Below are positions 19,630 to 28,437 of a DNA stretch of 64,000 nt, piece by piece. This DNA is from Clostridiales bacterium UBA5888. Lineage in GTDB: Bacteria; Bacillota; Clostridia; Oscillospirales; Oscillospiraceae. The stretch lies in assembly GCA_002431965.1 (NCBI GenBank), contig DJEW01000001.1, forward strand, positions 1,504-65,503. The letters are read 5' to 3'. The notes under the pieces were generated by a model. It did no database searches, was not told the DNA's origin, and saw only the letters and a program-made list of their open reading frames with translations. Made by a program: the position numbers and the translations under genes. The stretch's first letter is position 1, and each line of letters opens with the position of its first letter.

Positions 19630-20388
19630 ATGAGCAACAGACTGGAAGGAAAAATCGCGCTGGTGACCGCATGCACCAGGGGCATAGGCCGCGCAATCGC
19701 TGATTTATTTGTCGATGAGGGCGCCAAGGTATATTACGCCTGCCGTAATATGGAGACTGGCAAAGCCGCAGTCGAAGCCGCGCGCGCACGCGGCGGTCAG
19801 GCCGAGCTTGTATACTTTGAGGCGCATGAGCCTGAAACGCACAGAAGCATGATAAACGAGTGCATTGCCAAAGAAGGCCGTCTCGATGTTCTTGTCAACA
19901 ACTTCGGCGAATCCAACCCCCGCAAGGATCTTGACATAACGAAATGCACCTACAAAGAGTTTGAAAAAACCGTGTGCGTTGATCTTTCGACCGTGTTCAA
20001 CGCCTCTCAGGAGGCTCTCAACAAGGCGATGATCAAGCAGCATTCCGGCAGCATCATCAACATCGGCTCTGTCGCGGCTGTCTGCCCTGACAAGACCCAG
20101 GTAGGCTACGGCGTCGCAAAGTCCGGCATTAACCACCTCAGCCGTCAGATGGCGCGTCAGGTCGCTCATGCCGGTGTGCGCGTCAATGTGCTTAACCCCG
20201 GCATCATTGCTACCGAGGCTGTCGCAAAATTCCTTACTCCTGAAACTCAGGCCCGCTACACGACCAACTGCATGATCAAGCGTCTGGGCGAGCCTATCGA
20301 CATCGCTTATATGGCGCTCTACCTCGCCTCGGACGAGTCCAAGTACGTCACTGCACATGTGATGAACGTCTCCGGCGGCTGGATGTGA
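19630..20388 (+). CDS. short-chain dehydrogenase/reductase (SDR)
   Basis: VTACTRGIG and YGVAK motifs. 252 aa. Confidence 0.9.
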   Translation: MSNRLEGKIALVTACTRGIGRAIADLFVDEGAKVYYACRNMETGKAAVEAARARGGQAELVYFEAHEPETHRSMINECIAKEGRLDVLVNNFGESNPRKDLDITKCTYKEFEKTVCVDLSTVFNASQEALNKAMIKQHSGSIINIGSVAAVCPDKTQVGYGVAKSGINHLSRQMARQVAHAGVRVNVLNPGIIATEAVAKFLTPETQARYTTNCMIKRLGEPIDIAYMALYLASDESKYVTAHVMNVSGGWM

Positions 20389-20426
20389 AAAGCACATTTA
20401 CCGACTGACATCTTTTATGGCAAAAA

Positions 20427-20456
20427 TGAGTCCGGCGAAAGCCGGGCTCATTTTTT
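20427..20456 (+). terminator. rho-independent terminator ending the cluster
   Basis: tgagtccggc gaaa gccgggctca stem followed by TTTTTT. Confidence 0.6.
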
Positions 20457-20466
20457 CAGCCTGTCA

Positions 20467-20490
20467 TAAAAGTCCTCACAGGACTTTTTT
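20467..20490 (+). terminator. second (tandem) terminator
   Basis: aaaagtcct cac aggactttt hairpin with a T-run. Confidence 0.45.
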
Positions 20491-20632
20491 GACCGCGCTT
20501 TCCGCCGGACATTTTGAAAGCGTTCAAAATGCTGTTGCCGAAAGCCTTAAGGCAGCACCGCGCATACGTCTGCGGCATCTGGCGAAAAAGCGGAATTAGC
20601 GCGAGACGGCTTTTGATGCCAGGCATGAAAAG

Positions 20633-20662
20633 CCGCCGCAAGCAATACAAGGCTTGCGGCGG
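20633..20662 (-). terminator. hairpin just downstream of tRNA-Leu
   Basis: ccgccgcaagc / gcttgcggcgg perfect 11-bp stem immediately 3' of the tRNA on the minus strand, followed by CTTTTC. Confidence 0.4.
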
Positions 20663-20664
20663 TC

Positions 20665-20750
20665 TGGTGCCGGTGACCGGACTCGAACCGGTACGTTGCT
20701 GCCAACGAGGGATTTTAAGTCCCTTGTGTCTACCATTCCACCACACCGGC
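20665..20750 (-). tRNA. tRNA-Leu (anticodon UAA), CCA-encoded
   Basis: The reverse complement reads GCCGGTG TG GTGGAATGGTAGACAC A AGGGA CTTAAAA TCCCT ..long variable arm.. CGGTTCGAGTCCGG TCACCGGC ACCA. Cloverleaf folded by hand. Anticodon loop CU-UAA-AA. Confidence 0.9.
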
Positions 20751-20938
20751 GTATGATAACATACAATAATAATTTATCACCCATTGGCGCGTTAGTCAAG
20801 CACAGAAATGCCACAGGCGGCGGATGCGGATATATGCGCTGCTTTCTTCATTATGATTATGCAAAAGGTGTTGACCCGGACCGGCTGTATGCGATAGAAT
20901 CATTCAGCAGAAAGCAGCGCTCCAGGAGGGAAGATGAA

Positions 20939-22084
20939 ATGATACTTTCGGAAAAACACAGGCTTTTGCAGAAGCGTTTTCGCGAGTTTGCGGAAAAGGA
21001 GTTTACCCGGGAGCTTATAGACCGGCTGGATGACACCGGCGAGTTTGACCGGGATATATACCAGAAAATGGCGGAAGCCGGGTTTATGGGCATGAAGATC
21101 CCCAAAAAATACGGCGGGCAGGGAGGCGACACGCTTGCCTATGTGCTCATGCTGGAGGAATTTGCGCGTGTCAGCCCGGTGCTGTCCATTTATGCAAACA
21201 CGCCAAACTCCCTTGGCGCAGGCCCGCTGCTTGCCTGCGCGAGCGAAGAGCAGCTCATGAAATATCTGCCCGGCATCGCCGCGGGCAAAAGTCTGCTGGC
21301 GTTCTGCATCACCGAGCCGGACGCGGGTTCTGACGCAGGCGGGGTCATGACCTCCGCCGCAGACTGCGGGGACTATTATCTGCTCAACGGGCGCAAGCGC
21401 TTTGCTTCCGGCGCCCCTATGGCGGACTACGCGCTCGTGTCCGCGCGCACTGACCCCGCTCAGCAGGGCAGCCGGGGCATCTCGCTTTTCATCGCTGACA
21501 TGAAGCTGCCCGGCATAAAGTGCGGCGCGTATGAGGACAAAATGGGCATTCGCGGCTACCCGACGAGCGATGTAAGCTTCAAGGATGTACACGTGCCGAA
21601 GGACTGCCTTATCGGTCCGCTGCACTGCGGCTTTGCCGCCGCGATGAAAACGCTCGACGGAGGGCGGCTCGGCATCGCGGCGCAGGCGCTCGGCATTGCT
21701 CAGGCCTGCCTTGACGAGGCCGTGACCTATGCCAGAACGCGCAGGCAGTTCGGCAGGACAATCGGCAGCTTTGAGGGCGTGAGCTTTATGATTGCCGACA
21801 TGGCGACGGAGCTTCAGGCGGCGCGCGAGCTGGTATACGGCACTGCCGTCCTCATGGACGCCGGCAGCCCGGAGGTCAGCGTCCGCTGCGCGATGAGCAA
21901 GTATTACGCGGCGGAGATGTGCAACCGCGCGGCATACAAGGCGGTGCAGATATTCGGCGGTCGCGGGTATATAAAGGGGTGCAGGGCAGAGCGTCTTTAC
22001 CGCGATGCGCGCATAACGTCGATATATGAGGGCACATCGCAGATCCAGCAGATGATCATAGCCAACAGCCTGCTGAAAGATTAA
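20939..22084 (+). CDS. acyl-CoA dehydrogenase (butyryl-CoA dehydrogenase-like)
   Basis: 381 aa starting MILSEKHRLLQKRFREFAEKEF, 9 nt after AGGAGG. C-terminal GGRGYIKGCRAERLYRDARITSIYEGTSQIQ carries the catalytic Glu context. The longer tracked ORF (from 20654) would run through the tRNA. Confidence 0.9.
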   Translation: MILSEKHRLLQKRFREFAEKEFTRELIDRLDDTGEFDRDIYQKMAEAGFMGMKIPKKYGGQGGDTLAYVLMLEEFARVSPVLSIYANTPNSLGAGPLLACASEEQLMKYLPGIAAGKSLLAFCITEPDAGSDAGGVMTSAADCGDYYLLNGRKRFASGAPMADYALVSARTDPAQQGSRGISLFIADMKLPGIKCGAYEDKMGIRGYPTSDVSFKDVHVPKDCLIGPLHCGFAAAMKTLDGGRLGIAAQALGIAQACLDEAVTYARTRRQFGRTIGSFEGVSFMIADMATELQAARELVYGTAVLMDAGSPEVSVRCAMSKYYAAEMCNRAAYKAVQIFGGRGYIKGCRAERLYRDARITSIYEGTSQIQQMIIANSLLKD

Positions 22085-22100
22085 AGGCTGACCATTGAAA

Positions 22101-22144
22101 ACAGCGGGAAGACCAACGCACAAATCCGATGGTCTTCCCGCTGT
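22101..22144. terminator. bidirectional hairpin between convergent genes
   Basis: acagcgggaagacca-N14-tggtcttcccgctgt, with perfect 15-bp arms. Confidence 0.55.
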
Positions 22145-22181
22145 ATGTCTGAGTCAGTCGCCTGCACATAGACGCCGCAGC

Positions 22182-22757
22182 TCACAGGTGGTACGGCTCG
22201 TTATCACGCCGGTGCATCCATTCGCGCAGACGCACGAAACGGCTGCGCTTGCTCACAAACAGCTTCCCGGTTTTTTTCTCAATAAAGCTGCGGAATTCCT
22301 CGCTCCTGCCGCCAAGCTCGGACTTCGGGATCATGTACCCGCCGAATTCCGTGCGGAATATATAATAGTTATAGAGATCCGCCCCCAGCCCGGCGACCTC
22401 GGAATAAGGGAGCGGGGCAAGCTCCGAATTATTGGGCAGGGTAATGATGCGCATACGGTTCTCTTCAAAAAGGTATTTGGATGAGGGGTATTCTCCGCCG
22501 GATTCCCTGATCTGCATGGCAAGCTTTTTTGCAGTACGGTTTGCGGCGGCGTATTTGCTGGAGATGAGATAGCTTCCATATGCGATCAGCAGCAGCCCCC
22601 ACCACTGCGTGCAGTTCAGTGCGCCAAAAACAAAAAGACCCGCGGCGACAGCCGTTCTTCCAATCCGGTTGCCAGTGCAGAAAAGATCGTACTGCATGTG
22701 CGCGAGGGCGGTGAGGGTTTCTTCATTGTGCTTGATATGCGTTTCGTATAATATCAT
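22182..22757 (-). CDS. membrane protein, YcxB-like
   Basis: Two hydrophobic helices (AAGLFVFGALNCTQWWGLLLIAYGSYLI) followed by a soluble C-terminal domain. The start is uncertain (ATG at 22757 after GGGAG, or ATG at 22769). The tracked 245-aa N-terminal extension is unlikely. Confidence 0.5.
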   Translation of the reverse strand: MILYETHIKHNEETLTALAHMQYDLFCTGNRIGRTAVAAGLFVFGALNCTQWWGLLLIAYGSYLISSKYAAANRTAKKLAMQIRESGGEYPSSKYLFEENRMRIITLPNNSELAPLPYSEVAGLGADLYNYYIFRTEFGGYMIPKSELGGRSEEFRSFIEKKTGKLFVSKRSRFVRLREWMHRRDNEPYHL

Positions 22758-23085
22758 TGCAGCTCCCATGTAATAGATATCGCCCCATGAAACGGATGGA
22801 GCCCGGTGAGACAAGTTTACATCATACGGCGAGAAATGAAAACAATTGTTAAAATAATATTTATAACAAAAAAATCCGGGCATTTTGTTGCAAAACGCCA
22901 ATCTTTTTGTTTTGGGCATAGATTACAAGAAAACAGATTGACATACAGCAAAAACAAGGTGTATGCTAAGGATGCGTTAACAATCTGTTAATAGCTATAT
23001 TTTTTATGCGGCATATGTAAAGAACGTGTAATGAGAATGTATATGCTGCGTAAATAACCCGCGGAATCCGCAAAAACAAAACGCG

Positions 23086-23130
23086 AAAACAGGATCCTGT
23101 TTTCAGCTTTCATAAATGAAAGCTGAAAAC
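23086..23130. promoter_or_regulatory. two overlapping perfect palindromes upstream of the TRAP operon
   Basis: AAAACAGGATCCTGTTTT (23086..23103) and GTTTTCAGCTTTCAT-AA-ATGAAAGCTGAAAAC (23099..23130), about 100 nt upstream of the SBP start. Confidence 0.4.
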
Positions 23131-23226
23131 GTCTTGCCGGAGCGCAGAGGATTGCGGACTGTCTCGCGGGGAAAAGCTCGGAGCAGAGAGTTGAAATACG
23201 AAAAATTCAAAAACAAGGAGAGACAA

Positions 23227-24348
23227 ATGAAAAAATTTATTGCAATGCTTCTGGCAGCAGTCATGGTCTTTGCACTGTGCGCATGCGGCAGCACCGACAC
23301 AGCCGCTCCCGCGGCGGACGCGACCACCGATGAGACCCCCGCTGCCGATGCAGCAGCGACCGATGCATCCTCCTCAGATGTCGCCGCGGCGGACGATGCA
23401 GCCGACGATTTCTATCTGGACATCAAGTTCTCCAACGTCTTCCAGCCCACCGAGTGGAACTACAAGGCGTCCGAGAAGCTCGCCAAGATGATCACCGAGC
23501 AGACTGACGGTCACATCAACGTCACCTACTACGGTCAGAACGAGCTTGACTGCTACGGCGACTCCGTCACCCGCGCCGTCAACGGCGAGAACTGGATGGG
23601 TCTTGAGGAGCCTTCCCTGTTTGCAGACTACGCAGGCGATGCCGCCATGGTTCTCGCCCCGATGCTCTACAGCACCAATGCCGAGTACAACTACGTTATG
23701 GATTCCGACTTCGTTGCAAACCTTGAGAAAGAGCTGGCGGCGCAGGGCATTCACATCCTTGACACGCACTACTCCTTCGGTTTCCGCTCCGTCGTCACCA
23801 ACCTTGACGTTTACACTCCCGAGGATCTGAACGGTCACATTCTCCGCGCCACCTCCTCCGCGCTCTTCACCAAGACCCTTGAGTGCCTTGGCGCAACCGC
23901 GAACCCCATGAGCTTCACCGAGTGCCTCTCCGCCATCTCTTCCGGCGTTGTTGAAGGCTTCGAGGGTTCCGTCTCCACCCTTGCCGGCGCGGGCAACCCC
24001 TACGAGCTGGTCAAGAAGGTTGCCGAGACCAACCATCTGATCGCTACCCGCTGGCTGTTCATCTCCGAGGATTGCTGGAACACCATCCCCGAGAAGTACC
24101 AGAAGATCATTGAGAACTGCGCTTACGAGTGCGGCATGTGGGAGCAGACCTCCTGCGAGGACGACGAAGCCACCCAGATCGAGTTCCTGAAGAGTCAGGG
24201 CGTCACCTGGAACGAAGTCGATCTCGACGCCTTCTCCAAGGCCTGCGAGCCGGTCATCGACTGGATCGTTGAGGAGTACGGCTCTTCCTACGAGGCGTAT
24301 GAGCAGCTGAAGGGTCTTGTCGCCGAGTACCGCGCCAACAACGAGTAA
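23227..24348 (+). CDS. TRAP transporter substrate-binding lipoprotein (DctP family)
   Basis: Start MKKFIAMLLAAVMVFALCACGS (lipobox LCAC) after AAGGAGAGACAA. An Ala/Asp/Thr-rich linker precedes the DctP-like body. DctQ and DctM genes follow. Confidence 0.85.
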   Translation: MKKFIAMLLAAVMVFALCACGSTDTAAPAADATTDETPAADAAATDASSSDVAAADDAADDFYLDIKFSNVFQPTEWNYKASEKLAKMITEQTDGHINVTYYGQNELDCYGDSVTRAVNGENWMGLEEPSLFADYAGDAAMVLAPMLYSTNAEYNYVMDSDFVANLEKELAAQGIHILDTHYSFGFRSVVTNLDVYTPEDLNGHILRATSSALFTKTLECLGATANPMSFTECLSAISSGVVEGFEGSVSTLAGAGNPYELVKKVAETNHLIATRWLFISEDCWNTIPEKYQKIIENCAYECGMWEQTSCEDDEATQIEFLKSQGVTWNEVDLDAFSKACEPVIDWIVEEYGSSYEAYEQLKGLVAEYRANNE

Positions 24349-24388
24349 ACCCATTCACTGATTCGACATTTAATATCTGCTTACGACA

Positions 24389-24416
24389 GGACTGCCTGAA
24401 TCCATTCAGGCAGTCC
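24389..24416 (+). promoter_or_regulatory. intra-operon stem-loop between the SBP and permease genes
   Basis: ggactgcctgaat cc attcaggcagtcc with 13-bp arms and no T-run. This is typical of mRNA-stabilising or attenuating hairpins that follow binding-protein genes. Confidence 0.4.
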
Positions 24417-24549
24417 GTGTCGGATGTATGGAGCTTTGTTAAGATTCTTCACGCAAGCACATGAATCCTTGGCAAGAAATTTATGTATAGCGTTGATAAA
24501 CGCAAAATAAGTTGAAGTTAATCAAATCTGCTGTTAAAGGAATCCATTG

Positions 24550-25101
24550 ATGAAGAAAAAAAGTACCTTTAAACACATACTGAAAAACCTCGACGCTGTC
24601 ATTACCGGCACGACCCTTGTGCTCTGTGTCGTCCTCGTTAACCTGAACGTCATAATGCGCTACGTGCTCAACTCGCCGATTCACGGGAGCGAAGAGGTCG
24701 TCACGAGTCTGTTCGTATGGACGGTTTTCATCGGCAGCGCCTATGCCTACCGCAAGCATGCCCACCTCGGCGTTGATATTGTCGTCAACCTGCTGCACGG
24801 CAAGACAAAGAAAACGGTTATGTTCATTGTCAGCATCCTTGAGCTTATGATACTCATAATGCTTACAATAATCTGCTCACAGTATGCCTATAACCTCGTA
24901 TTCTTCAGAGGAGCGTACAAGCTTGCAGTCACAGATGTTCTGCGCATACCCAAGATATACACGGGCATTGCAGTGCCTATCGGCTTTGCTCTGTCCACGG
25001 GATATTCCATCTACTTCATGCTGACCGAAAGGCTGCATATCGTTAAGAAGAAAAACGACGATGAGTCCGGCGAATACCAGGTTGAAGGAGGGAACTTCTG
25101 A
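24550..25101 (+). CDS. TRAP transporter small permease (DctQ family)
   Basis: About 183 aa with four hydrophobic segments. The stop overlaps the DctM ATG (TGATG). Confidence 0.85.
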   Translation: MKKKSTFKHILKNLDAVITGTTLVLCVVLVNLNVIMRYVLNSPIHGSEEVVTSLFVWTVFIGSAYAYRKHAHLGVDIVVNLLHGKTKKTVMFIVSILELMILIMLTIICSQYAYNLVFFRGAYKLAVTDVLRIPKIYTGIAVPIGFALSTGYSIYFMLTERLHIVKKKNDDESGEYQVEGGNF

Positions 25102-26420
25102 TGGAATTGACATTTACACAGTTGATCCCGGTCTTTCTGGTGTTCATACTCTATTTTGCCGGTCTTCCGATAGTGTACGCGCTGTTCGGCTCTACGTTCT
25201 TCTATTTTCTTGTTCTTGACCCCAGCACCCAGTGCTGGCTGCTGCTGCAGAAGGTCATGAACGCAACGCAGTCCTTCTCCATGCTGGCGATCCCGTTTTT
25301 CATCATGTCCGGTTCGGTCATGAACTTCGGCGGCATTAGCGACAAGATGATGGACTTCTGCGAATGCGTCACCGGCCATATGCGCGGCGGTCTTGCGCAG
25401 GTCAACGTTCTGCTGTCCATGCTGATGGGCGGCTGCTCCGGCTCCGCAAACGCCGACTGCGCCATGCAGTCGAAGATGCTTGTTCCCGAAATGGAGAAAC
25501 GCGGATACTCCAAGGCGTTCTCCGCGGCGATCACCGCAGCGTCATCGGCAGCCACGCCGGTTATTCCTCCCGGAGTCAACCTTATTGTTTTCTGCCTCAT
25601 TGCGCAGGCGTCTCTCGGCCGCACCTTCGCAGCCGGCTATGTCCCCGGCATACTGATGTCTGCATCGATGATGATCACGGTTGCAATCATTGCGAAAAAG
25701 CGCAATTATCCCACCACGCGCGAGAAATTCCCCCCGGCAAAGGTCATCATCAAGCAGGCGCTTGATTCTTTCTGGGGTCTGTTCTTCCCGTTCGGCATAA
25801 TTCTTGGTATGCGCTTCGGTCTGTTCACCCCGTCCGAGGGCGGCGCGGTTGCGGTGCTGTACTGCTTTATTATAGGCAAGCTCGTCTATAAGCGCCTGTC
25901 TTTCCGCAAGCACTTTATTCCCATCGTCCTCGATACTATTGCAGGCACCTCCAGCGTTGTCCTGATCATGGTCTCCGCCTCGGTCTTCGGGCAGTACATG
26001 ACATGGATCAACCTGCCCAAGATCGTCACCACTGCCGTTCTTGACCTCACCTCCAACAAGTATGTGTTCCTCATGCTCACGAACGTTATCCTGCTTGTCA
26101 TGGGTATGTTCCTTGAAGGCGGCGCTGCCCTGATGATCATCACCCCGCTGCTGCTGCCCGTGGCAAGAAGCCTTGGCATCGGCGTTTACCACTTTGGTCT
26201 TGTTGCGATCGTCAACATCATGATCGGCGGCATCACTCCTCCGTTCGGCTCGATGATGTTCACGACCTGCGGCATCACCAAGTGCCCGATAAGCGACTTT
26301 TTGAAGGAGATATGGCCGTTCATCCTCTGCCTGTTTATCGTCCTGCTCCTGCTCACCTTCTGCCCGACTCTGATCAATATCGTTCCCGATCTTATCTATG
26401 GCGCCGAAGGCGGGCTTTGA
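25101..26420 (+). CDS. TRAP transporter large permease (DctM family)
   Basis: 439 aa, polytopic, in the DctM position and of DctM size. Confidence 0.88.
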   Translation: MELTFTQLIPVFLVFILYFAGLPIVYALFGSTFFYFLVLDPSTQCWLLLQKVMNATQSFSMLAIPFFIMSGSVMNFGGISDKMMDFCECVTGHMRGGLAQVNVLLSMLMGGCSGSANADCAMQSKMLVPEMEKRGYSKAFSAAITAASSAATPVIPPGVNLIVFCLIAQASLGRTFAAGYVPGILMSASMMITVAIIAKKRNYPTTREKFPPAKVIIKQALDSFWGLFFPFGIILGMRFGLFTPSEGGAVAVLYCFIIGKLVYKRLSFRKHFIPIVLDTIAGTSSVVLIMVSASVFGQYMTWINLPKIVTTAVLDLTSNKYVFLMLTNVILLVMGMFLEGGAALMIITPLLLPVARSLGIGVYHFGLVAIVNIMIGGITPPFGSMMFTTCGITKCPISDFLKEIWPFILCLFIVLLLLTFCPTLINIVPDLIYGAEGGL

Positions 26421-26490
26421 TTCAAGAAAAGCCAACGGCTTCAATTGAATAGAGCTCTGTGCCGTCAGCCGGCACAGAGCCCGGAAAAAG

Positions 26491-26526
26491 TCAAATCCCT
26501 TTGCCCGTTTCGGCAAAGGGATTTGA
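26491..26526. terminator. bidirectional terminator
   Basis: tcaaatccctttgcc cgtttc ggcaaagggatttga with perfect 15-bp arms, between convergent operons. Confidence 0.6.
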
Positions 26527-26551
26527 TGCGTTTAAAACGGTGTATGCGGCG

Positions 26552-26866
26552 TTATTTATACTGCTCCTTGACGGAATTTACTGCGGCGACAAGCTCCGGT
26601 TTATACTGTGCGTAGTGCTTTTCCAGCTCGTCGAGCACGAAGACTATGTCCGCCCGGCGCCTGTTCTCCCGGTCGCGGCGCAGCAGCTCCTCAAACTCCG
26701 CAGTGCTTTCACCGCCCTGAAAATATCCATAACAGCAGCACTGCGCATCCTCCCCGGCATCCTTGAGATCCATGAACTGCTTGTTGAGATAGTATTCGAT
26801 CTTGCAGGGGTCGCCATCGGCGCGAAGCTCCTCAAGATCCTGTGCAAATCCATATCTGTCTAACAT
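26552..26866 (-). CDS. small acidic hypothetical protein (104 aa)
   Basis: ATG at 26866, 7 nt after AAGGAG. It overlaps the stop of the upstream gene (ATGTTAG). Last gene of a 4-gene coupled operon. Confidence 0.55.
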   Translation of the reverse strand: MLDRYGFAQDLEELRADGDPCKIEYYLNKQFMDLKDAGEDAQCCCYGYFQGGESTAEFEELLRRDRENRRRADIVFVLDELEKHYAQYKPELVAAVNSVKEQYK

Positions 26867-27468
26867 TTTATGCTCCTTTCGCAATCTTCAACAGATTTGT
26901 AACCGTACATTTTTGCCATCTGCTCCCGCACGAGAAAGGTCAGGTTTTTTCCCTCCTGCCCGCAGCGGAATACAAATTCACAGTATAATAGCTGGGTATC
27001 CTCGCCGTATGAGTACAGCTCGCCGCGCTGATACGTTTCCACCGACGTCAGACCGCAGCATTCGTCAGCAGCGCGTATGATCCTGCCGCGCCCGGCAAAT
27101 TTCGGAAAGCGCCGCGCAAAATCCTCTGCCCACTGCACCTGCATCTGCACGGCAGGCTCCATGAACGCGCGGCGCTCAGGACTAATATCCGGCAGCACGT
27201 GCTTTATCCGTTCGTATCCGGCAGGATCGGTGCGCTCCATCATAAAGGCATACTTGTTGAAAATCAGGTTGCGTCCCTCTATACCGGCCGTCAGCAGATC
27301 AGAGTAATACGACTGCAAAAGTTCTTCCGTCCAGACCGAAAACTGACTGGCACGCATGATGTCGAACTGCCGTCTGTCGTTCTGACAGGAGGCTCGACCG
27401 CCCTCGTTGTTCACAAGCTGGAACTGCGCCCACTCTTCATCGACGATTTTTTCTATAAGCTTATTCAT
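26860..27468 (-). CDS. conserved hypothetical protein (possibly DUF4125-like; unverified)
   Basis: 202 aa, MNKLIEKIVDEEWAQFQLVNNEGGRASCQNDRRQFDIMRASQF.... The family name is from memory only. Confidence 0.55.
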   Translation of the reverse strand: MNKLIEKIVDEEWAQFQLVNNEGGRASCQNDRRQFDIMRASQFSVWTEELLQSYYSDLLTAGIEGRNLIFNKYAFMMERTDPAGYERIKHVLPDISPERRAFMEPAVQMQVQWAEDFARRFPKFAGRGRIIRAADECCGLTSVETYQRGELYSYGEDTQLLYCEFVFRCGQEGKNLTFLVREQMAKMYGYKSVEDCERSIKC

Positions 27469-27477
27469 CGCCTTATA

Positions 27478-28437
27478 TCACCCCATTAAAACCGGCAGAT
27501 TTTTTATCTCCGGGTTTTTTATTCCGCCCGTTACGGCGTATGCCTGCCGTTCAAGATACCCGTCCTCCAGATCGCTCAGCCCCTGCTCGTGCAGCAGCGC
27601 AATGACGCTTGCGCACACCGCGCCGATAATCGGCTCTGCATCGCCGGCATCGAGTGCGCCGACGCCGGCAAGCTCACATAGCAGCGCGGGAAGCCCGGCC
27701 TGGCAGGGCAGCCTTTCCAGCCCCCGCCACATCCACTTGTAGTACGGGCAGTATTGTCCATTGAGCAGATACAGCGCGCGCATGGCATGCTCAATGAACT
27801 GGTCGAGCGCCAGGCGCGCTGCGACAGCGTCGCGCCGCTGCGCCATGCGGAAATAATTCACCTGTCCGGCATGCGCCATGCGCACAAGATTTGCCGCCAG
27901 CTTCTTGCGGCGGACGTCCTCCGGGTAGAAGGCGAGCAGCTTTTCGCGCGTGCGGACAAACTCAGTATCCGGCGCGTGGAACAGCGCTCCGTTCGTCGCC
28001 GCGGCAAGATATGTCTCCGGTATTGCAAGCCATTCGCGCGGAGTTCCCGGCGCGTCGCGCCTGGCGAGAAACTTCATGTAAAAATCCCCGGTGCGCATTA
28101 CGCCGCGCCGCGCCGCAGCCTGCCATCGGCGGTATTTATACCGCACGCCCAGGTATTCCTGCGGCAGGGAAGCGTACAGCTGCGCAAGCGCGCCGCCTAT
28201 TTCGCCGTACAGACCGTCCGACAGCCATATGCACAGCGACGGACCGTAATCATGATCCATCGAAAGCAGATCGTCAAAGCCGAAGCACTCAGAGCCCTCG
28301 CCGGCAAGCCCGACAGTGAGCGCGTCCATATACTGCCCGAAGTGCTCTTGCAGGAGCGGCCGGCAGCAGTCGAAATAATAGCGCCGCGACAGCTCCGCGC
28401 CGGAAACTGCAAGGCGCAGCTCCTGACCCTCAGGCAT
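27478..28437 (-). CDS. DUF4037-like protein with a minimal nucleotidyltransferase-type motif
   Basis: GLAGEGSECFGFDDLLSMDHDYGPS (GS ... DD ... DHD). Start set at the ATG at 28437 (MPEGQELRL), which overlaps the TPR gene stop by 8 nt. Confidence 0.6.
   Translation of the reverse strand: MPEGQELRLAVSGAELSRRYYFDCCRPLLQEHFGQYMDALTVGLAGEGSECFGFDDLLSMDHDYGPSLCIWLSDGLYGEIGGALAQLYASLPQEYLGVRYKYRRWQAAARRGVMRTGDFYMKFLARRDAPGTPREWLAIPETYLAAATNGALFHAPDTEFVRTREKLLAFYPEDVRRKKLAANLVRMAHAGQVNYFRMAQRRDAVAARLALDQFIEHAMRALYLLNGQYCPYYKWMWRGLERLPCQAGLPALLCELAGVGALDAGDAEPIIGAVCASVIALLHEQGLSDLEDGYLERQAYAVTGGIKNPEIKNLPVLMG

Noticed and set aside
773-20662. The same 11-mer gcttgcggcgg forms terminator stems at 793..803 and 20652..20662. 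I considered whether these could be island-flanking direct repeats.
   Set aside because: It is a short GC-rich stem sequence. The surrounding sequence is not shared, so chance reuse in hairpins is more likely than att-site duplication.
20654-20938. N-terminal extension of the acyl-CoA dehydrogenase ORF (tracked from 20654).
   Set aside because: The extension runs straight through the tRNA-Leu gene on the opposite strand. A good RBS plus ATG at 20939 gives a normal 381-aa ACAD.
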